Below are positions 26,483 through 32,000 of a stretch of 32,000 bases of DNA, one piece after another; positions within the stretch are counted from its first letter, which is position 1, and every line of letters starts with the position of its first letter. The notes beneath the pieces are model-generated. The model worked only from the letters and a program-made list of their open reading frames with translations, was not told the origin of the DNA and made no database searches. This DNA comes from Candidatus Omnitrophota bacterium (lineage in GTDB: Bacteria; Omnitrophota; Gorgyraeia; 2-01-FULL-45-10): the NCBI GenBank assembly GCA_023818895.1, contig JAMWCX010000001.1, positions 449,789 to 481,788 on the forward strand, written 5' to 3'. Both the position numbers and the translations under genes were made by a program.

Positions 26483-27721
26483 CTACGGCGTCATGGTGAA
26501 TATCTTACGCGCTATGTCAGGATATTTCGCGATGAAACGGAGCTCATCCTCGGTGAGAGGCTTCTGCGTGTGCACATTGGCGTATCTGACAAGCTCGAGT
26601 ATCTTCGTCGCTTCCTTATCATTCTTGAATTTTATCTCCAGCTTGTCATATACGTTCCTGAATCCTTTGATACCGCTGTATTCACCCGCGGTTATCTGAC
26701 GGCCTGTCTCTATGATCTCGGGCTCGCCCCGGCCGAGCTCTTCATAATCATAAAGTTCGTAGTTACGCCTGTTCTTAAGCGCGCCGTCAGCGTGTATGCC
26801 GGACTCGTGCGCAAAAGCGTTCGCGCCAACCCCTGGCTGGTTTATTGGAATCGGCACGCCGAAAGCGTAAGAAGCATATTTGGCTATCTTCCAGGCATGG
26901 TTAAGCTTTACATTCTCATCTAATATATACTTGCCAGCTATTCCGCTGGCGTATTTTACCGCAAGAATAACGCTCACAAGGTCAGCATTACCCGCCCGCT
27001 CACCCATTCCGTTCACGGTAGTATTGATGTAGGCGTCCACGCCTGCATCTATGGCCGCTTTCGCACCCGCCACGGAATTTGCGACCACCATCCCCAGATC
27101 GTTATGACAGTGAAGCTCTATCGGCAATTTTACCTCTGAGGCGAGAATTTTCACTCTCTCGTAGATGGTAAAAGGATCGTCGTAACCAAGAGTGTCGCAA
27201 TAGCGTATGCGCACCGCACCAGCCTTCTTGGCTGCCCGCGCGAACTTTATAAGGTAGTCGAGGTGAGTCCGGGAAGCGTCTTCGGCGTTCACAGCCACAT
27301 GCTTTACACCGAGCTTCTTAGCGGTATGAACCGCCTCCGTCATCTCCCTGATAACATCCTCTTTGGTATATTTTCCAGCAAATTTGCTCGATATCATCTG
27401 GTCGGAAGTCGATATAGAAAGATTCAGGTTTTCTATCCTTGTCATCTTCCAGGCCTTCTCAACGTCTTCTCGTATAGCCCGAATCCAACCGCTAAGCATT
27501 ATGGGCTTAAGCACTCCCATCCTGGCAAGCTCGAGATTCGCATTGATATAGTTGGTCTCATGTCTTGTGACGGGAAATCCAAACTCCGATTGGGCAATGC
27601 CCATGTCATTGAGATAAAAGTTTATCATCGTCTTCTGAAGCTTCGCAAGCCCCAGCCTCGATGTCTGGACACCATCCCTGTTCGTCACATCAAGAATATA
27701 AATCTTATTCTGTTTTCCCAT
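26483..27721 (-). CDS. HMGL-like (DRE-TIM) 2-isopropylmalate / homocitrate / citramalate / Re-citrate synthase family protein, short form lacking the LeuA regulatory domain; substrate unassigned
   Basis: 412 aa. Metal and substrate motifs are present (LHCHNDLGMVVANS, NTTVNGMGERAGNA). The first motif reads DVTNRDGVQT rather than the usual DTTLRDGEQ. Confidence 0.8.
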   Translation of the reverse strand: MGKQNKIYILDVTNRDGVQTSRLGLAKLQKTMINFYLNDMGIAQSEFGFPVTRHETNYINANLELARMGVLKPIMLSGWIRAIREDVEKAWKMTRIENLNLSISTSDQMISSKFAGKYTKEDVIREMTEAVHTAKKLGVKHVAVNAEDASRTHLDYLIKFARAAKKAGAVRIRYCDTLGYDDPFTIYERVKILASEVKLPIELHCHNDLGMVVANSVAGAKAAIDAGVDAYINTTVNGMGERAGNADLVSVILAVKYASGIAGKYILDENVKLNHAWKIAKYASYAFGVPIPINQPGVGANAFAHESGIHADGALKNRRNYELYDYEELGRGEPEIIETGRQITAGEYSGIKGFRNVYDKLEIKFKNDKEATKILELVRYANVHTQKPLTEDELRFIAKYPDIARKIFTMTP

Positions 27722-27762
27722 ATTAAGTTCCTTCTTCTTTTTGTTGTCTACGTTATGTCTTT

Positions 27763-29352
27763 TTATAATTTCACCAGCTTGACACCGTAGACATTTTGCG
27801 CTTTTCTCAGCTCCTCAAGCACATTCTTTGGAACATCGCTGTCTATATTAAGCACGCTTACGGCCTTGCCACCTTTCGATTCGCGGCCGAAAGACATCCC
27901 GGCAATATTTATATTGTTCCTGCCAAGTATTGTCCCTATCTGACCTATTATACCGGGCACATCCTTATTTTGCATAAAGAGCATATAACCTTCGGGTACG
28001 GCATCTACATAAAAATCGTCTATTTTCACTATGCGGGGATCTACCTTGGTAAAAAGAGTGCCTGTAAGCGAGCTCCTCATTCGGTCGGTCTCAACGTCTA
28101 CCATTATAAGATTGGCGAAATCCTGTATCTGGTCTATCTTGGTCTCGATCACGCGTATACCACGTTCTTTAGCTATAACCATCGAGTTGACAAAGTTAAC
28201 TGTCTCCTGCAATATAGGCGTGAGCATTCCCTTTATAATAGAGAGCGTAAAAGGCGAGATGTCAAACTTTATAACATCTCCAACGTAGCGAATATTAACT
28301 TGCCTGATATGCCCTTCCACAAGCTGAGCCTGAATAGAGCCCATCTTCTCTGCCAATTTAAGGTATGGCTCTATGACCTTCCATATCTCGCTTTCCACGC
28401 ACGGTACATTAACGGCATTGCGTATACAACCAGTCATCAAGGCGTCGCGCACGGTGTTGGCGACCTCCACAGCGACATTCGTCTGCGCTTCTTCGGTCGA
28501 TGCGCCGAGATGCGGCGTTAAAACCACTTTATCCATCTTAAGGAGCGGATTTTCCTTCAACGGCGGTTCTTCCTCATAAACATCAAGCGCCGCCCCTGCG
28601 ATCTTGCCGGCCTCTAGGGCTCTTGCAAGAGCCGCCTCATCAATAATACCGCCCCTGGCGCAGTTGATAAGCCGTACGTCCTTTTTCATCATAGCGATCT
28701 CCTTATCGGAGATCATATGATTGGTCTCGTCCGTAAGTGGCGTGTGAACTGTTATATAGTCTGCGTTCTTATAAAGACCGGGCAAGTCCGAGGGCTCTAT
28801 GCCAAGCTCTTTGGCTTTGTCCATCGAAAGATAGGGGTCGTAGGCGAGTATCTTCATGCCGAAACTCAATGCCCTTTTTGCGACCTCCGTACCTATTCTG
28901 CCCAGCCCAATAATGCCGAGAGTCTTGCCGTATAATTCATGCCCCATGAACTTCTTGCGTTCCCACTCGCCCCTCCTCATTGAGGCGTCAGCTTGCGGAA
29001 TGTTCCTTGATAATGAAAGCATAAGGGCTAACGTCTGTTCAGCGGTAGATATAGTATTACCGGCCGGCGTATTGACTACCACTACGCCCTTTTTCGAAGC
29101 GGCTTCTACATCTACGTTGTCCAGCCCAACTCCCGCCCGACCAATTATCTTGAGCCGCTGGGCTGCTTCAATAACCTCTTTCGTCACTTTAGTGCTGGAG
29201 CGCACGACAAGGGCATCGTAATCCTTGATCGCTTTTTTAAGCTCATCCGGAGTGAGCTTAGTATTCACATCAACCGAGAACTCTTTCTCTTTCGTAAGTA
29301 TCTCCACCGCCTCCTTAGAAAGCGAGTCGCTTATAAGGACTTTATATGGCAT
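27763..29352 (-). CDS. serA: D-3-phosphoglycerate dehydrogenase (long type with ASB and ACT domains)
   Basis: 529 aa with the GxGxIG NAD loop (GIIGLGRIG), a catalytic R/E/H pattern (CARGG...HLGAST), and a C-terminal ACT-like region. Confidence 0.95.
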   Translation of the reverse strand: MPYKVLISDSLSKEAVEILTKEKEFSVDVNTKLTPDELKKAIKDYDALVVRSSTKVTKEVIEAAQRLKIIGRAGVGLDNVDVEAASKKGVVVVNTPAGNTISTAEQTLALMLSLSRNIPQADASMRRGEWERKKFMGHELYGKTLGIIGLGRIGTEVAKRALSFGMKILAYDPYLSMDKAKELGIEPSDLPGLYKNADYITVHTPLTDETNHMISDKEIAMMKKDVRLINCARGGIIDEAALARALEAGKIAGAALDVYEEEPPLKENPLLKMDKVVLTPHLGASTEEAQTNVAVEVANTVRDALMTGCIRNAVNVPCVESEIWKVIEPYLKLAEKMGSIQAQLVEGHIRQVNIRYVGDVIKFDISPFTLSIIKGMLTPILQETVNFVNSMVIAKERGIRVIETKIDQIQDFANLIMVDVETDRMRSSLTGTLFTKVDPRIVKIDDFYVDAVPEGYMLFMQNKDVPGIIGQIGTILGRNNINIAGMSFGRESKGGKAVSVLNIDSDVPKNVLEELRKAQNVYGVKLVKL

Positions 29353-29366
29353 AATATTTTTCTCCT

Positions 29367-30497
29367 TTAGCCCATTATTTTCGCCGCGGCCGCAACGCCT
29401 GAGCCCGCGCTGAACTTATACCCAAGTTTAGCAAGGGCCGCCTCCACAGCCTTTATAGATTCTATCGTATGTTCTCTGTCAATACCACCCATATGAGCCG
29501 CCCTAAATATCTTGCCCTTAAGAGTTTCCTGACCGCCCGCAAACGTAACGCCAAACTCGGTCTTGCAGGTCTTTATAATAGCGTCGGCATCTATCCCTTG
29601 GGGGGCATTTACGGCCGTTACAGCGTTTGAAGGCGACTTGGAGAATATTGTAAGGCCCAAGGCCTTCATCGCCTGACGAAACGCCTCCGCCTGCTTCGCA
29701 TGTTCAGCAATAACATTATCGACACCTTTCTTGTTTATTACGTCTAGGGCCTTCTTCAGCCCTATGACGAGCGTAATCGCCGAAGTGAATGGCGTATCGG
29801 TGTCAAGCATAGATTTCTTATACTTTTTGAAATTAAAATAGAACTTTGGGCACTTCGAGGCCTCAACCGCCTTCCACGCTTTTTCACTTACCGAACAGAA
29901 GGCAAGGCCGGGAGGTATCATAAGCCCTTTCTGTGAACCGCATACGGCTATATCGACACCCCAGTTATCATTTTCGAAGTTATCTGCACCTAGACCGCTT
30001 ATTACGTCAACAACATATAAAGCTTGTGTCTTTCTCACTATCTCGCCTATTGCCTTTATATCATAGACCGTGGCCGTGGACGTCTCGCACAACGTGGTAT
30101 AGACACCTTTCACATCTGGGTTCTTCTTTAAGATGCCCTCTATGTCCGCCGGACAGGGAGCGCTGCCCCATGGAATATCGAGCGCTATCACCTCAATACC
30201 ATAGGCCTTAGCTATCTCGCCAAATCTCTCGCCAAATTTTCCGCCGCGCACGACGACTATCTTGTCGCCAGGCGAGCAGACATTTACCACCGAAGCCTCC
30301 ATCGCTCCCGTGCCGCTTGAGGTAAACGTAAAGACATCGCCGCTCGTCTTGAATATCTTCTTGAGACCATCCGTCACTTCCTTGAATATCGCCTGATATT
30401 CCTTGGTCCTGTGATGTATTATCGGCTTGGACATTTCTATTCGGATCTCTTCAGGAACCGGCGTCGGCCCTGGTGTCATCAGATAGTTTTTTGTCAT
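29367..30497 (-). CDS. Class-V PLP aminotransferase (serine-pyruvate / alanine-glyoxylate family); likely acts as phosphoserine aminotransferase given context
   Basis: 376 aa. Has LMTPGPTPVP at the N-terminus and a PLP lysine in GSQKGLMIPPGLAF. It lies 14 nt upstream of serA on the same strand. The PSAT role is inferred from adjacency only. Confidence 0.85.
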   Translation of the reverse strand: MTKNYLMTPGPTPVPEEIRIEMSKPIIHHRTKEYQAIFKEVTDGLKKIFKTSGDVFTFTSSGTGAMEASVVNVCSPGDKIVVVRGGKFGERFGEIAKAYGIEVIALDIPWGSAPCPADIEGILKKNPDVKGVYTTLCETSTATVYDIKAIGEIVRKTQALYVVDVISGLGADNFENDNWGVDIAVCGSQKGLMIPPGLAFCSVSEKAWKAVEASKCPKFYFNFKKYKKSMLDTDTPFTSAITLVIGLKKALDVINKKGVDNVIAEHAKQAEAFRQAMKALGLTIFSKSPSNAVTAVNAPQGIDADAIIKTCKTEFGVTFAGGQETLKGKIFRAAHMGGIDREHTIESIKAVEAALAKLGYKFSAGSGVAAAAKIMG

Positions 30498-30515
30498 TTA
30501 GTCTCTCCTGCGGTT

Positions 30516-31109
30516 TTATTTTTTCTTCATATTTTCCACCACTTCATCTACAAGGCCGTATGCTTTTGCCTCCTCGGCCGACATATAGTAATCCCTGTCC
30601 GTATCTTTCCTTATCTTTTCGATTGGTTGCTTCGTGTGCTTGGCTAATATTTCTTCTATCCTGGCGCGAAGCCTCAATATCTCCTGCGCTTGAATACTGA
30701 TATCGGATGCCTGCCCCTGCACTCCTCCCCATGGCTGGTGTATCATTATCCTCGCATGAGGAAGGGCATAGCGCTTTCCTGGCGTGCCAGCCGCAAGAAG
30801 AACGGCCCCCATGCTGGAAGCCTGACCTACACAATAAGTATTAACGTCGGGCTTAACGAATTGTATTGTATCATATATCGCAAGCCCACTGGTTACCGAC
30901 CCGCCGGGCGTATTTATGTAAACATTAATATCCTTGTCCTGGTCTTCCATTTGGAGGAACAAAAGTTGGGCTATTATAAGGTTTGATACGGTATCGTCTA
31001 TAGCTGTTCCTATAAATACTATCCTATCCTTTAATAATCTCGAATAGATATCATAAGCCCTCTCCGCCCTGCCGGTCGTCTCTATCACCATGGGCACCAA
31101 TATACTCAT
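30516..31109 (-). CDS. clpP: ATP-dependent Clp protease proteolytic subunit
   Basis: 197 aa with the catalytic Ser (GQASSMGA), His (RIMIHQP) and Asp ([13 protein letters not shown]). AGGAGG lies 6 nt before the ATG. Confidence 0.97.
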   Translation of the reverse strand: MSILVPMVIETTGRAERAYDIYSRLLKDRIVFIGTAIDDTVSNLIIAQLLFLQMEDQDKDINVYINTPGGSVTSGLAIYDTIQFVKPDVNTYCVGQASSMGAVLLAAGTPGKRYALPHARIMIHQPWGGVQGQASDISIQAQEILRLRARIEEILAKHTKQPIEKIRKDTDRDYYMSAEEAKAYGLVDEVVENMKKK

Positions 31110-31245
31110 GCGAACCTCCTACTTTAAATTGAAAAAATAACCACAGATAACGTTAATGTATTGCCCGACTGACCGGAACTTAAAAACGGCCAGACGGGCT
31201 GCTTCCATAGCCTATATATAAAGCTATGCTCATCGAGATACCATC

Positions 31246-32000
31246 TTATTCTTTTTCGGAGATCTTAGCATTATCCAGGAGGAAGCGTATCGTCTTTCCC
31301 TCACGTATCTTTTCCGCAAGGTTATCGACAAGTTCCTGGCTTTCATAATAGGCTCGAACCTCTTCCTCCTTCTTTCCATTCTGCGCCGCTATCGCCCTGT
31401 AGGCATTGTTCAGGTCTTCTTCGTCGGCTTTGATATGTTCGCGAGTAGCTATCTCATCTAGTATGAAGAGAAGCCTGACCTGCCGAACGGCGTCATTCTT
31501 GAAGCGCTCTTTGAATTCGGCATCTCTTTTATCAAGGTCTTCCTTTTTAAATCCCTTTTCTATAAGCCGCCTCTTGGCATCCTCTACCATGTAATCAAGC
31601 TGCCTGGTAACAAAAGCGGAAGGAACGCTGAACACATTGTCGTCCATAAGTTTGTTCAAAAGACTATTTTCCAGCTCGATATCCGCGTTGGCCTTCGCGT
31701 GAGACTCCATCTCGCTGGCGATTTCTTTCCGCAGCTCGTCAAGGTTTGCCTTGCCCATCTCTTTAGCAAAGTCATCGTTCAGGTCTGAAAGCTTCCGCTC
31801 CTTTATCTCTTTTATAAGGACATGGTATGTGGCGCGCTTTCCGGCGAAGGCCTTATCCGGATATTTTTCAGGCAACGTCACCTCGATGTCCTTCTCTTCG
31901 CCCTTCTTCATTCCTACCATATTTTCCGAAAGGCCCACCACAAAGGAATCTTTGTCGATAGCGACCCATAAGTTTTCTCTTTTCTTGTGGATTGGCTTGC
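31246..32000 (-). CDS. tig: Trigger factor, C-terminal portion (gene continues past the right edge)
   Basis: Shows the FKBP-domain tail (GLSENMVGMKKGEEKDIEVTLPEKYP) and the C-terminal helical arm domain. The reading frame stays open upstream of the ORF-track start (...KPIHKKRENLWVAIDKDSFVVGLSE) to the window edge. Confidence 0.9.
   Translation of the reverse strand, partial: KPIHKKRENLWVAIDKDSFVVGLSENMVGMKKGEEKDIEVTLPEKYPDKAFAGKRATYHVLIKEIKERKLSDLNDDFAKEMGKANLDELRKEIASEMESHAKANADIELENSLLNKLMDDNVFSVPSAFVTRQLDYMVEDAKRRLIEKGFKKEDLDKRDAEFKERFKNDAVRQVRLLFILDEIATREHIKADEEDLNNAYRAIAAQNGKKEEEVRAYYESQELVDNLAEKIREGKTIRFLLDNAKISEKE

Noticed and set aside
27796-28521. Long plus-strand ORFs: 241 aa at 27796-28521, 194 aa at 10859-11443, 178 aa at 26387-26923, 176 aa at 4955-5485, 163 aa at 17549-18040, and others.
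   Set aside because: All lie fully antisense to strongly supported minus-strand genes (serA, argB/argJ, the LeuA-like gene, lysA/argH, the PEP-CTERM gene). Their translations are low-complexity and rich in Ser, Leu, Arg and Pro, with no recognisable motifs, Shine-Dalgarno sequences or promoters. They are shadow ORFs.

Overview
This window is dense core metabolism from an unidentified bacterium, and all 30 protein genes lie on the minus strand. In transcription order (32000 -> 1): tig (partial), clpP | class-V aminotransferase, serA, short LeuA/NifV-family synthase, purA, hppA | uppS, cdsA, dxr, rseP | a LamG-domain PEP-CTERM secreted protein | ispG, proS | rplM, rpsI | argC-argJ-argB-argD-argF-argG-argH-lysA-dapF-dapA-dapB-dapL-folK-panC (partial). 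I found no rRNA, tRNA, CRISPR array, transposase, integrase or phage gene. Most of the window is ordinary housekeeping. The one accessory-looking locus is the LamG/PEP-CTERM gene (17.5-19.0 kb). It sits between rseP and ispG as a self-contained unit with -10-like boxes, a ~200-nt multi-hairpin leader with GNRA tetraloops, a canonical intrinsic terminator ~15-50 nt before the start codon, and two tandem terminators downstream. The leader has riboswitch architecture, including an alternative pairing that competes with the terminator, and partly resembles c-di-GMP-I (GEMM-I); I cannot confirm the class without a covariance-model search. The second lead is the ~185-nt leader of the 14-gene arg/lys/dap/folK/panC gene string. 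It follows a consensus sigma70-type promoter and holds a 15-codon mini-ORF with tandem Arg codons inside the 3' arm of a hairpin followed by a U-tract, a possible arginine attenuator. Lesser observations are listed under findings. All functional calls come from reading motifs in the translated ORFs; no database search was run.
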